From Candidatus Poseidoniales archaeon (GTDB taxonomy: Archaea; Thermoplasmatota; Poseidoniia; Poseidoniales; Poseidoniaceae): DNA of 64,000 nt. Made by a program: the position numbers and the translations under genes. The notes under the pieces are model-generated. The model did not search any database, was not told the DNA's origin, and saw only the letters and a list, made by a program, of their open reading frames with translations. This document shows, piece by piece, positions 45,532 to 55,700 of the stretch (position 1 is its first letter; every line of letters begins with the position of its first letter). Location of the stretch: the NCBI GenBank assembly GCA_038105035.1, contig JAYOBT010000005.1:12676-76675 (forward strand). The letters are read 5' to 3'.

Positions 45532-46287
45532 TCAAAGCCAATCCAAGATTGCATCTTGCTGAACAAGCCAATCGTCGCTTGCCGCATCGATGATGCTGTA
45601 GTGATCACCAGGGAGCCAAACTTTCTGAACATCGCAACCTTTTGCCTTCATGGCACGTGCGTAGGTTTCGCTCTGTTCGATCGGAACATCTTCGTCACGT
45701 TCCCCATGAAACAGAAGAACGGGTGATTGTGGAGGCATGTCGATTGGATTGACTTTCTTCCACAAGGATTCGTTTTCGTAGGGCAGACAGCCCATCCATT
45801 TGCGAATCGCATCACCTTCGTCGCTGAGTTGTGCCTCGTCCGCACCAAACAAATCTGTAATCGGCGATTGAGCGATGGCCAGCCATGGTTTCCGCTCTGC
45901 TTTGCTTGCCATGAGAAGGGCGAGATGGCCGCCAGCGGAATGTCCCATTACCATGCTTCGAGTGATATCAATTCCTGGGAGAAGAGCAAGTTGCCCCCAC
46001 GCACGTAGAACATCCGAGAGTGTGTCCATCCATACGCCCTCGTCGCCATCTTCCCATCTTCGAAATTCAATGTTCCAACTGGCTACACCTGCATCGCTCA
46101 ACGCATTTGCAATCGGTTGCATCAACTCGTACGTGTACTGTTTCTTCCAAAATCCACCGTGAATCAACATGATGCAAGGGACGCCATGATCGTTCTGAAA
46201 CGGCGAGGGCTCATCGGGCATATGCAAATCTGCAAACTGCCAAGATTCGGCGCCCCATTGCATCCTGTCGACAGGCATAATGGCCAA
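45532..46287 (-). CDS. alpha/beta hydrolase (esterase / arylformamidase-like)
   Basis: Oxyanion HGGFW and nucleophile elbow GHSAGGHLAL. The general pattern resembles arylformamidase/esterase family members. Confidence 0.7.
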   Translation of the reverse strand: MAIMPVDRMQWGAESWQFADLHMPDEPSPFQNDHGVPCIMLIHGGFWKKQYTYELMQPIANALSDAGVASWNIEFRRWEDGDEGVWMDTLSDVLRAWGQLALLPGIDITRSMVMGHSAGGHLALLMASKAERKPWLAIAQSPITDLFGADEAQLSDEGDAIRKWMGCLPYENESLWKKVNPIDMPPQSPVLLFHGERDEDVPIEQSETYARAMKAKGCDVQKVWLPGDHYSIIDAASDDWLVQQDAILDWL

Positions 46288-46288
46288 C

Positions 46289-47689
46289 TCATGGCGTGAC
46301 GCGGTGTCGGTCTCGCGGGAACAAGACGGTCTCTCGTACGTTCCGTGATCCGGTTAGAACCATCAACAGACGAGCAACACCAAGGCCCCAACCAGCGTGT
46401 GGCGGTGCTCCAAATCGGAAACCGTCTGTGTAGAATGCGAAGTCTTCAGGATTGAGTCCCTTGCTGCGGAGATTTTCTTCAAGAACATCGACGTTGTGCT
46501 CTCGCTGTCCGCCACTTGTCATTTCATCACGGCCATAATTGAGGTCAAACCCACGACTGAGTTGCTCACCTGTGACACCGTTTTCACCAGCAACGTGATG
46601 AATGTAGAACGGCTTCATTTCCATTGGCCAACGCGGCAAGAAATGGAATCCTGGATACTTAGCAGCAATGATATCACAGTGGGAGGAATCGATGTCATCT
46701 CCCCATTGAATGTCTTCGCCAGCATCCTGAACCATTTGAATGGCTTCACAATAATCGATGCGTGGGAACGGTAGGCTTGGAATATCGACAGATATGGGCT
46801 CCAACTCCTGAGATTCTCGGTATGCATTGATTGTTTCAATGTGCTCCTGGTCGTTTTCTGCAACACATTTCCAGATGTGATGAATCATGCGCTCTTGGAC
46901 ACCCATGACATCCTCGTCGGTCATCCAAGCCGCTTCGATATCGAAGGAAATGAATTCGTTTAGGTGACGATATGTATCGTGATTTTCTGCCCTGAAGGCA
47001 GGACCAATCTCGAACACGCGCTCCATGCCGCCAAGGATGGCGAGTTGTTTGTACAATTGTGGACTTTGCGAGAGGAAAGCAGGCGTGTCAAAGTACATCA
47101 TTGGGAACAGGTTGGTGCCTCCTTCCGATGCAGAAGCGATGATTTTCGGTGTATTGATTTCTTTGAATCCTTCAGTGATGAGATGTTGTCGTCCGTATTG
47201 TAGAACGCGTGCCCGGAGCGTGAACATAGCATTGACGTGAGCACGACGGAGGTCAAGAAATCGATTGTCCAATCGCGTGTCAAGACCAATGGACACCGTG
47301 TCGGTAATGCCCAACGGAAGTGGCACGTTGGCACGTGTGAGAACATTGACATCGGACGCTACAACTTCGTAAGCTGGAGGAGGGGGTGTCTCGCCTTCCT
47401 TGACCTTCGGTGGTCGCTTCTGTGCAACAGTTCCCGTGAATTGCAGGGTTGACTCGCGAGTCATCCTCTGAACAAGGTCAAGATTCTCCTCGCCAATGGT
47501 ATCTCCTTTGAGGAAGACCTGGAGTTTCCCAGTACCGTCGCGAAGATCGACAAAACAAATCGCACCTTTGCCGCGATTTGCTTCCATGAAACCGCAAACT
47601 GTGACTTCAGTTCCGACGAGGTCTGCGCCCTTGTCTTGGATTTCGCCTAATGTGTGTGTTCGGTATGCCGTTGGATGCCAGTCAGCCAT
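46289..47689 (-). CDS. aspS: aspartate--tRNA ligase (archaeal type)
   Basis: An OB anticodon-binding N-domain, FRAENHDTYRHLNEFISFDIEA, class II motif 3 GAPPHAGWGLGVARL and a C-terminal FPRDRHRVTP. Confidence 0.85.
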   Translation of the reverse strand: MADWHPTAYRTHTLGEIQDKGADLVGTEVTVCGFMEANRGKGAICFVDLRDGTGKLQVFLKGDTIGEENLDLVQRMTRESTLQFTGTVAQKRPPKVKEGETPPPPAYEVVASDVNVLTRANVPLPLGITDTVSIGLDTRLDNRFLDLRRAHVNAMFTLRARVLQYGRQHLITEGFKEINTPKIIASASEGGTNLFPMMYFDTPAFLSQSPQLYKQLAILGGMERVFEIGPAFRAENHDTYRHLNEFISFDIEAAWMTDEDVMGVQERMIHHIWKCVAENDQEHIETINAYRESQELEPISVDIPSLPFPRIDYCEAIQMVQDAGEDIQWGDDIDSSHCDIIAAKYPGFHFLPRWPMEMKPFYIHHVAGENGVTGEQLSRGFDLNYGRDEMTSGGQREHNVDVLEENLRSKGLNPEDFAFYTDGFRFGAPPHAGWGLGVARLLMVLTGSRNVRETVLFPRDRHRVTP

Positions 47690-47855
47690 GTCAATTCCTG
47701 CGAGATGTTCTTAAAATAGCAATCGCCAAAACACATACCTGACAAAAATGAGACCTCTCCTTGTGCATTCGCTGAATGTTGCATTCAATCGTGAACTTTT
47801 CATCCAACCAGCCGATTCGCTCAAGTGCTGAGAACACCTCGCTCGGACCGGTCCC

Positions 47856-50800
47856 ATGTCGCAACTCTCCATTCGTGCGGTCGTTTTGGTTGGAATGATG
47901 CTGCTCGCAAGCGCATCGCCTCTGTCTCAGTTGTCCCAAGCGGATCCTGAAATCGAGTTACAGGTCGACATGAGCCACATGATTTTGATACCAGGGGAGT
48001 CAGTCAATCTTTCGTTAACCATTGAGAACAACGGCTCATCGATCGAAACCTATGACGTTGAAACTTCACTGGATGGGCTCTCTTCGTTGTGGATGGCTAC
48101 GCCAACAGCATCCTCTGTGAGCAATGTTCTTCCAACCTACAACGCCACGACGACAATCGTCGTTGAACTCGCTGAATCGGCAACGCCGAGCGACAACGGA
48201 AAGTTCACGATTTTCGTGAACGAAAGCGATGGGATTTCGTCCTCCTCAATTGACGTCTATGTTAGCGTCGCTGTCGTCTACAATCCCCATTTGGATGCGA
48301 CAGGAGTCGGGGACCAAGGTTTGTTGGCGATTGAACCTGGGCAATCGGTTGACCTTTCCATTCCAGTAAGCAATTTTGGCAGTGTTACGGATTCTTACCT
48401 TCTCGGTGTTGGTGAGGAGCCTGATCTCAGCGGATGGTGGGCCAACTATTCCTCCAGTGGTTCTTCGAACACAACAACATCTCCGCCTTCATGGTCGACC
48501 TCGGTCAGTGATGTCCTCACTTTTGGCAACTCCTACACGTCTCAGAACGGACTTTCATTCATGCTCGAGGAACTCCTGCGAAGTGCGGCTAGTCCAAGCA
48601 ATACCTCGGATTTTACAAGCGGTGGTTGGACGATTGCCGATCACTGGGATGACGTAAACACCTCGGGTAGTGCCCAAAACCTCTCACTCGCATCCAGTGT
48701 TTGGGACACTGTAATCGTTCATGATCAATCACAAATTCCAGGGTTCTTCCGTACCAATTCCGATTGGCTAGCGAGCAAGAACGGCAGTGTTCACCTTGCT
48801 GAACGGATTGATTCAGAAGGTGCGGCGATGATGCTGATGATGACATGGGGGCGTCGAAATGGCGATGCTCAAAATCCGATTCTCTATTCGAACTTCACGG
48901 TGATGCAAGATCGAATCGAACAAGGCTACATCGACTATCGAGACAACATTTCACTCGAAACCTCTGCTGAGATTTACATCGCTCCAGTCGGTCTTGCATT
49001 CAAACACATTCACGATTCAATCGAAGCTTCAGGAGGCAATCCCTTGTCACCAACATCGACGTTCTATGGTCTCTATTCCACCGATGGAAGCCACCCTTCA
49101 ACATCTGGCTCCTACTTGGCAGCATGTGTTTTGTTCGCAGCCCTCACAGGTGATTCGCCCGTTGGCTTGACCGACAATACGACCATGGATGCAACGCTTC
49201 GTCTGACACTTCAGCAGACTGCAGCAGAAGTTGTGTTCAACGGATCTTCCGAGTACGCCTATCCCTGGGAATCAACCGGTGCCATTCAAGCCATGAGCCA
49301 ACATTCTACGTTCCCCGCTGGGTGGGAAGTTCGATGGTTGGATGATCAAATCGAGAATCTATCTGCCAATGGCCAAGAGACCGCCACTCTTCGAATTTCT
49401 ATTCCTTCTGATGCGAGTCCTGGAGCGACTGGTGTTCGCTTGTATGCAGGTTCCTTGTTTGGAAATCTGACCACTTCCACGCTCATGGTCGTTGATGTGC
49501 AGGCCGATTACGATTTGCAAGTCAATTTCCTCAATGCAGACGATGCGTTCTTGCCCGGCGAACAGACCAACTCCTCTGTTCGATTAACCAACACTGGTAC
49601 AACCGACGCTTCCTATGAATACACCTTGACCGTGCTTTCTGGACCGTGCACTGCTGCTCTTCTCACGTATGCTTCCTCCATCAACATGGGTGCAAATGAG
49701 GATCTTGGGTTCAGCGTCGATATCGGAACTACAGCCAACGTAGGCGATGTCTGTTCACTTCGGCTGACCTCGACACTTGCTTCAGATGCGTCTGTATCGT
49801 TTGTCCGCGATTTCTCGTTTGAGGTCGACCGTGACATCAATTTCACGCTTCAAGGTCCGAACGGGGCTGTTGTCATGGACCCAGAAACGGAAACCATGTT
49901 GGAGGTTCGTGTTTTCAATACTGGAAGTGAAACGGAAACGTTCTCGTTGCAAATCAACAGTGATGCAGCGTCACCTGTCTCGCTCATGCTCGAGAGCGCT
50001 TCAAGTCTCTCTGTCGCTGCCGATTCTTCCGCTGTATGGACGTTGAAAGCAGTCGCTTCAGAGGGTTCATTGGGTCTTCTTGAACGCGTTGTAACGGTTA
50101 CGCATGATTCGATCATCAGCCAAAATCTGGCCTTGCAATTCGATGTTCAGGAACAAGCAAGTCTGAACCTCCGAGGTCCGTTGGATGGTCGAATTGTTGT
50201 CCAATCAGGAGAAGAAGCATCCGTCATGCTCACCATTGAAAACGATGGTACTTCGAACATTACGCTCGACACGTTCACCATCACTGGATTGCCTGGAGGA
50301 GTGAACGCCGTTCTACCAGAGGTAGATGGTTACCTCCTCGAGGCGGGGACGTCCCACAACGTTTCATTCAACGTTTCAGCCTCTGCTGCAACGAGCGCCC
50401 GCACGGATTCGCTCTCGCTTCAATTGCTCTCAGATTCGACCAGCGCAGTCCTATCGATTGAGTTGCAAGTTGTTGACCGAACGCTCGCACAACTGAGCCC
50501 AAACACCAATCAGGTCATCGCAGGACCGTCGGTTGCAACCAATGTCACCATTGAGGTAACCAACATCGGAACGCTTCAGGACACCTTCCTTTTGTCGATT
50601 GGCGCCGGTGAAACATCAAATTATTTTGAACTCTCATTGTCCCAGACCTCGGTCAATCTCGGCATAGGTCAATCCGAAACAGTGATTCTAAGCGTCCGAG
50701 AAACTTCTCAGGGAGCAAGTTCCAGTGGCTTACCAATCAATGTTGTTGCTACTTCAACACTCGATTCGGCTTCGACGGATGTCGCCCTCATCACACTTCT

Positions 50801-51842
50801 TCCAATGACGGCGGGATCCGACCTCTTCGTTTACGAAAACGATGCAAGTTCGGAAGCGGGTGGAACCATCGATGGAACACTCAAGGTAACCAATACAGGC
50901 AACAGTGTCGATGTGTTTACACTGTCCTCCGTAGGTTTGGATTGCGAGATTGAATCGTCAGTTCTGCTGCTTCCAGGTTCATCATCATCCGAACTTCCTT
51001 GGGTCTGCGACATCCCATCGAACGCATTGGCTGGCACCAACGCCTTCAGCTTCAGGTCAGTATCAAATGCTCGTTCTGATGCGATTCAGAGTGAAGTCGT
51101 TGTCTACACCGTCGATGCAACTTGGGATTCATCCACGGTTGCAGCGATTACTCTCGGTGATGAAGCCTTGGATATCCCGTATCAAGGTGGGTCATCCACG
51201 ACCGTGACCATCACCAATCTCGCCAACATCGCCATCTCTGGCAAATTGACCATGGTAGGTGTCGGAGATGGTGTTCTTGACATTCTATGGAACAATTCTC
51301 TGGGTGAAGTAACCGATGCGTTCACACTCGAACCGGGCGCATCGGAAATTTTCGTTGTCCGATTCAACGCATTGACAACGGAACCCACGGATGTGGAACT
51401 TCGTGTGCGTGCGCTGATTCAGGTCGATGGCAGCAGTGTCGATGCTGAGTCGTCCTCGATTGAAATCGATGTTCGAGGTGAGTCAAAACCGCCTCAAGGC
51501 ATCGAACTCCTTGGCATTGAAATTGGAAAGCAAACGACCCTCCAATTGATCGCTGCAGGCTATATTCTCTTTGCGCTTGCCTTGTTGGTTCTTCGGTTCC
51601 GAACACCGCGTGCGCCCGCACTTGACTCTGATGAGGAAGAGGAAGAAGAGGAGGAAGAAACCAAGCAATACGCTCTCGGTCCGAACGAATGTCGAATGGA
51701 CACAAATCGGCGTATTTCATGTCCCTCGTGTGAGGCACGGCTTGCTGTTCCTGGTGGAAACGAACCGCCGTTCCGATTCACTTGTCCAACATGCGAGTCG
51801 AGTATCCGCGTCGTTGAGTACGGTTCGGCTCCGAAATTCTGA
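47856..51842 (+). CDS. large (1,328-aa) secreted, TM-anchored surface protein: CARDB/NEW3-like repeats, an embedded SGNH-like esterase domain, and a poly-Glu plus zinc-ribbon tail
   Basis: Signal MSQLSIRAVVLVGMMLLASASP. About nine repeats of the type PG.s..l.l.v.N.G..... A GNSYT...DGSHPS domain. TM helix LQLIAAGYILFALALLVL. Tail CPSC-x17-CPTC. Confidence 0.85.
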   Translation: MSQLSIRAVVLVGMMLLASASPLSQLSQADPEIELQVDMSHMILIPGESVNLSLTIENNGSSIETYDVETSLDGLSSLWMATPTASSVSNVLPTYNATTTIVVELAESATPSDNGKFTIFVNESDGISSSSIDVYVSVAVVYNPHLDATGVGDQGLLAIEPGQSVDLSIPVSNFGSVTDSYLLGVGEEPDLSGWWANYSSSGSSNTTTSPPSWSTSVSDVLTFGNSYTSQNGLSFMLEELLRSAASPSNTSDFTSGGWTIADHWDDVNTSGSAQNLSLASSVWDTVIVHDQSQIPGFFRTNSDWLASKNGSVHLAERIDSEGAAMMLMMTWGRRNGDAQNPILYSNFTVMQDRIEQGYIDYRDNISLETSAEIYIAPVGLAFKHIHDSIEASGGNPLSPTSTFYGLYSTDGSHPSTSGSYLAACVLFAALTGDSPVGLTDNTTMDATLRLTLQQTAAEVVFNGSSEYAYPWESTGAIQAMSQHSTFPAGWEVRWLDDQIENLSANGQETATLRISIPSDASPGATGVRLYAGSLFGNLTTSTLMVVDVQADYDLQVNFLNADDAFLPGEQTNSSVRLTNTGTTDASYEYTLTVLSGPCTAALLTYASSINMGANEDLGFSVDIGTTANVGDVCSLRLTSTLASDASVSFVRDFSFEVDRDINFTLQGPNGAVVMDPETETMLEVRVFNTGSETETFSLQINSDAASPVSLMLESASSLSVAADSSAVWTLKAVASEGSLGLLERVVTVTHDSIISQNLALQFDVQEQASLNLRGPLDGRIVVQSGEEASVMLTIENDGTSNITLDTFTITGLPGGVNAVLPEVDGYLLEAGTSHNVSFNVSASAATSARTDSLSLQLLSDSTSAVLSIELQVVDRTLAQLSPNTNQVIAGPSVATNVTIEVTNIGTLQDTFLLSIGAGETSNYFELSLSQTSVNLGIGQSETVILSVRETSQGASSSGLPINVVATSTLDSASTDVALITLLPMTAGSDLFVYENDASSEAGGTIDGTLKVTNTGNSVDVFTLSSVGLDCEIESSVLLLPGSSSSELPWVCDIPSNALAGTNAFSFRSVSNARSDAIQSEVVVYTVDATWDSSTVAAITLGDEALDIPYQGGSSTTVTITNLANIAISGKLTMVGVGDGVLDILWNNSLGEVTDAFTLEPGASEIFVVRFNALTTEPTDVELRVRALIQVDGSSVDAESSSIEIDVRGESKPPQGIELLGIEIGKQTTLQLIAAGYILFALALLVLRFRTPRAPALDSDEEEEEEEEETKQYALGPNECRMDTNRRISCPSCEARLAVPGGNEPPFRFTCPTCESSIRVVEYGSAPKF

Positions 51843-52631
51843 TCACGCTCTTCGTTGAGCGATCAGAAGAAAAGCGGTATGTCCAAATGGCCCGTTAACA
51901 GGTCGCACGCCGCCTTTGCTAGCCTTACCCCATTCTCGTTCGATGACTTCGCCTGCCCATTCAACGTCGAGTCCTGCTTCTTCGCAAGCTGTCCATGCAT
52001 GTTCGAGTTGACTTGAAACTGGGCAATAACAAGACAGCCTGCCTCCAACGCTGAGCAAGGGTGCGACTGCTTCGACGGCAATAGGGTGGTCGGGAAGATC
52101 AAGAAGCACCGCATCAACATGGCTCGAAAGCGTTTGAATCTCATCAATGCTCGATTCGATTCTCCCATAGACGTGTGAATGCTTCGGGAATTCTGGTACA
52201 GCGTTGGCCAGAGTCTTCAAATTCTCGAGCCCAACTTCGGAGTGTTCCTCTCTTGGCTCGACAGTAATGAGATGCCCCGATTCTCCCAGAACTCGTGCGA
52301 GATGCATCGATTGTCCGCCTGAGCCTAAGCCTGCCTCAAGGACAACATCTCCAGGGCCAATACCCAATCTGGAAATAAGAACTCCAGCATCCTTGGATCC
52401 AATGGTTTGGGCTCGCCTCTTCATGCCAGCAACCAATTCGGGCAAGCGTGGAGGTAAGTGTGTGAAAATCTTCGAACCAATTTGCACCTCTTTTCCGAAT
52501 GCAATGTTCTCAACAGTCGTCTTTGGATTGAAGACACCAATTCCCTTGATTTTGACTGTCTCTTCAACCAGTTCAACGATGTGAACGCGACCGTTCTCTT
52601 CGACCAATGCCGTGATGGACGGGTCTGCCAT
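51843..52631 (-). CDS. trmI: tRNA (adenine-N1)-methyltransferase TrmI/Gcd14 family
   Basis: An N-terminal beta-domain followed by SAM motif I (GDVVLEAGLGSGGQSMHLAR); 262 aa. The stop directly abuts the convergent upstream gene. Confidence 0.8.
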   Translation of the reverse strand: MADPSITALVEENGRVHIVELVEETVKIKGIGVFNPKTTVENIAFGKEVQIGSKIFTHLPPRLPELVAGMKRRAQTIGSKDAGVLISRLGIGPGDVVLEAGLGSGGQSMHLARVLGESGHLITVEPREEHSEVGLENLKTLANAVPEFPKHSHVYGRIESSIDEIQTLSSHVDAVLLDLPDHPIAVEAVAPLLSVGGRLSCYCPVSSQLEHAWTACEEAGLDVEWAGEVIEREWGKASKGGVRPVNGPFGHTAFLLIAQRRA

Positions 52632-52717
52632 GGTTGCGGGAATCCGTTTTCGTCATCAGTCTTTTGCCAAAATAATGAAAAAAATTGAATAAAATTGTCC
52701 AGACGACAACAGAGTAG

Positions 52718-52727
52718 CATTATATAT
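52718..52727 (+). promoter_or_regulatory. candidate TATA box (leaderless-type spacing) for the 52748 gene
   Basis: CATTATATAT in an AT-rich spacer, centred about 25 nt upstream of the ATG. Confidence 0.4.
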
Positions 52728-52747
52728 CGAATAGTATTGCGTTTATC

Positions 52748-55700
52748 ATGCAAATTAGTGTCCGAACAATGGCTTTTACAATCGTCCTCCTTTTCGTTGG
52801 AAGTCTCATGGCAGGTTTAGCCTCTGAGTACAACGGTATTGAGGCTGAAGCTTTGGAAGAAGAAACCGTCGTACAGAACCCATCACAGGCTACCAGCCCT
52901 GGGCACGTTGTCTTCGGCCAATACATCTCTTCTGACAATTGTGGCCACTGCTCGAAGACAGGTGGCGGCTCAGACGCTCACCACGCTATCAAGCAAAATC
53001 ACCCTGATGAATACGTCTACGTCACGTACATGTCCGCGTCCTATGGGGACACTGACACGGCTCGTGCTGGAAATGTCGCTCCGTACAACTGGCCATGGAC
53101 CACTGGTGGTGCACCCGATGCTTACTTTGGTGACCGAACCGATAAGCGCCAATCTGGTGCCTCAGCAAACTACGACACATACGATCAACAGTTCTCAAGC
53201 GGTGGAGGAATGCACAGCACCGTCAACGACTACGGCATGACCGCAGCTATCAGCCAATCCGGGACGAATTACAACATCGATATCACGTACAAATACACAG
53301 GATCTGGAAGTGCAGCAAGCAACATGAAACTTTACGCAGCCCTCGTGGACAAGGACTGTACAGGATATTCTTACACATCGGGTATCCCACATGGATACAA
53401 CTGCTGGATGGCTTGGCTCACCAGTGGTGACACCTACAAATCAAAGAGTTCAGGCTCAGGCTCCGCCTTTGCCAGCGTCACACCAACATCAACTTCTCAA
53501 TCTGTTTCGTGGACCAGTGTCCCTGCTGCTGTCGTCCCAGGTGGACTCAGCAAGGCGATTGTTGTCGGCGTTCTCATGAGTGGGAACACTGTCTCAGTCG
53601 GTGGTTCAAGTCCTCACGTCTACCACGCCATTGACTCAACCATGGGCCCGAAGATGGATCTCTCAATCCCAAGCTTCACAGCAACCAGCACTGCTGGTGC
53701 ATCCTACGTCCGTGGAGACATCATCACGCTCGATGCTACAGTGGCCAACTCTGGTGATCTTGAGTACAACAGCGGTGGCTCTGTCGATTTCTACTACGTC
53801 ATCAACGGAAACAAGAACTACATCGGTCAGGGCACACCGATCAACACGCTTACAACGAGCGGAGCATCACAAACGATGACCGCTCAGGCAACATTCGATA
53901 CGAGTGTTCTGCCAACAAATGGTTGGAAGACCGTCTTCGGTGTTGAACTTTCAACATCTGGCGAAAGTGTCACATCCAACAATCAAGCGACCACAGAACT
54001 CGATCACGACCGCCCTCCAACCTCGAAGACACCTCAAGTCATCGGTACATCCGATATCAGCCGCGGCCAGTACTTCTCAGTGCTTGCCAAGGGAGATGCA
54101 GACGACAATGTCGACAGCGTTGACACGATGTCCTTCGATGTTGAGATTTCAGAGGCAGGAAAAGGCCAATGGACTGGAGCAGTTGTGACCGGCGGCGACA
54201 ATATCCTTTACCTCGGTTCCGCAAACGAAGGTCGAGAATACTCTGTCTTGCCGACGATGGATATGCCTGCTGGTTTGTACGATCTCCGCTCACGCACTGT
54301 TGACGCTCGAGGACAGACTTCTGGTTGGTCGATGGCATACGATGCGTTCAACCTCATGAATGCTCCACCATCCATCACTCCGAACCAAGTTAACCCGGTT
54401 CCATGCGACATTTCAACAAAAGTCGACTTAACCGGAGTCGTCTCTGATCCGGAGACTCCACTGTCGGATTTGACGATCACAAGCAACGATGCGTCCTTCG
54501 TTGGATGGCATCCTGCTACCACGGAAATTGAAGTCTTGTTTGCCTGGAGTCCTACGCAAGGATGCCCGCTTGGTCAGCAAGGCATTGAAATCTTCATGGA
54601 CGATGGTGGCGACTACACAGCACAAGGACAACTTCCCTACGGAACCCTGCTGTTCAACGTTATCGAGAACGGTCAGCCACGATGGCAAGCTTTGCCAACA
54701 CAAATCGTCGATGAGGGTGCAATGGGTACTCTCAGCTTACTTCCGTTCCTTTCTGATACGGATGACGAGGGTAATTCAGCCCCGGCATCTTCCTTGTCCC
54801 TCGAAATTATCTCAACAACAAACAGCGATGTGTTCGACGTTTACCTTGACATCACAAACATCGTCTTCGAAACGCTTGACGATGATGTCAACGGTGAGGT
54901 AACCGTCACTCTTCGTGCCAGTGATGGCGAGCAGTACTCTGACCAGACGCTGTTGATCAAGGTCAACCCAATCAACGACGCTCCTCGTCTCGACCTCACA
55001 GGTCTTGAAGAAACAACACAGAAGCTTGGTACGCAACGTGTCATTAATCTCATGGCATTGTTGACCGACGTTGATGACCCTGCGAATGAGGCATTCATCA
55101 CAGTCTCTTCGGACGAACAAGGTGCAGCAAAGTACAACCCAATCGACGGCACCATGACGCTGAATTTCCAAACATCAGGCCTTCACACAGTCACTATGAA
55201 CACAATCGATCGCTACGACAGCAACACCTACACCATCACTGTCGATGTGTTTGATTCGTACCCGCTCTACATCACCAAGACTGACGATGGCAGCGGTCAC
55301 TTCTACGTCGAGATGGAAAACACCTACATCGACCAAATCCCAACGGCCAACATCTTCCTCACCGACCTTGCACCAACCTTCACGGTCATCGAGACCACAT
55401 GGAACATTTGCAACGAAGAGACAGGTACCTGCGATGGTTTGTATGAAGAGAATTTGGACATCACTCGGTCATTGGTGGGTTGGTCAACAGAATTGAACAT
55501 TCCTTCAATCTTCATGCCTGACCAAAGTGCTCGTCCATCCGGTTCTGTCTACAAGGACTACTACCAACTCACGATTACTGCCTCTGACACAAACGGAGAC
55601 GATTACAAGACCGTTGCCGGTGTGAAGTGGGACATCCTCGAAGAACTCCCTGCACCAGTGGACATGGACGATGACATGCTTACGTCTTATATCGACCAAC

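Noticed and set aside
51631-51660. A GAR-rich run (gatgaggaagaggaagaagaggaggaagaa) considered as a microsatellite.
   Set aside because: It is an in-frame poly-Glu coding stretch with mixed GAA/GAG and no strict unit repetition. It is reported only as part of the tail finding.
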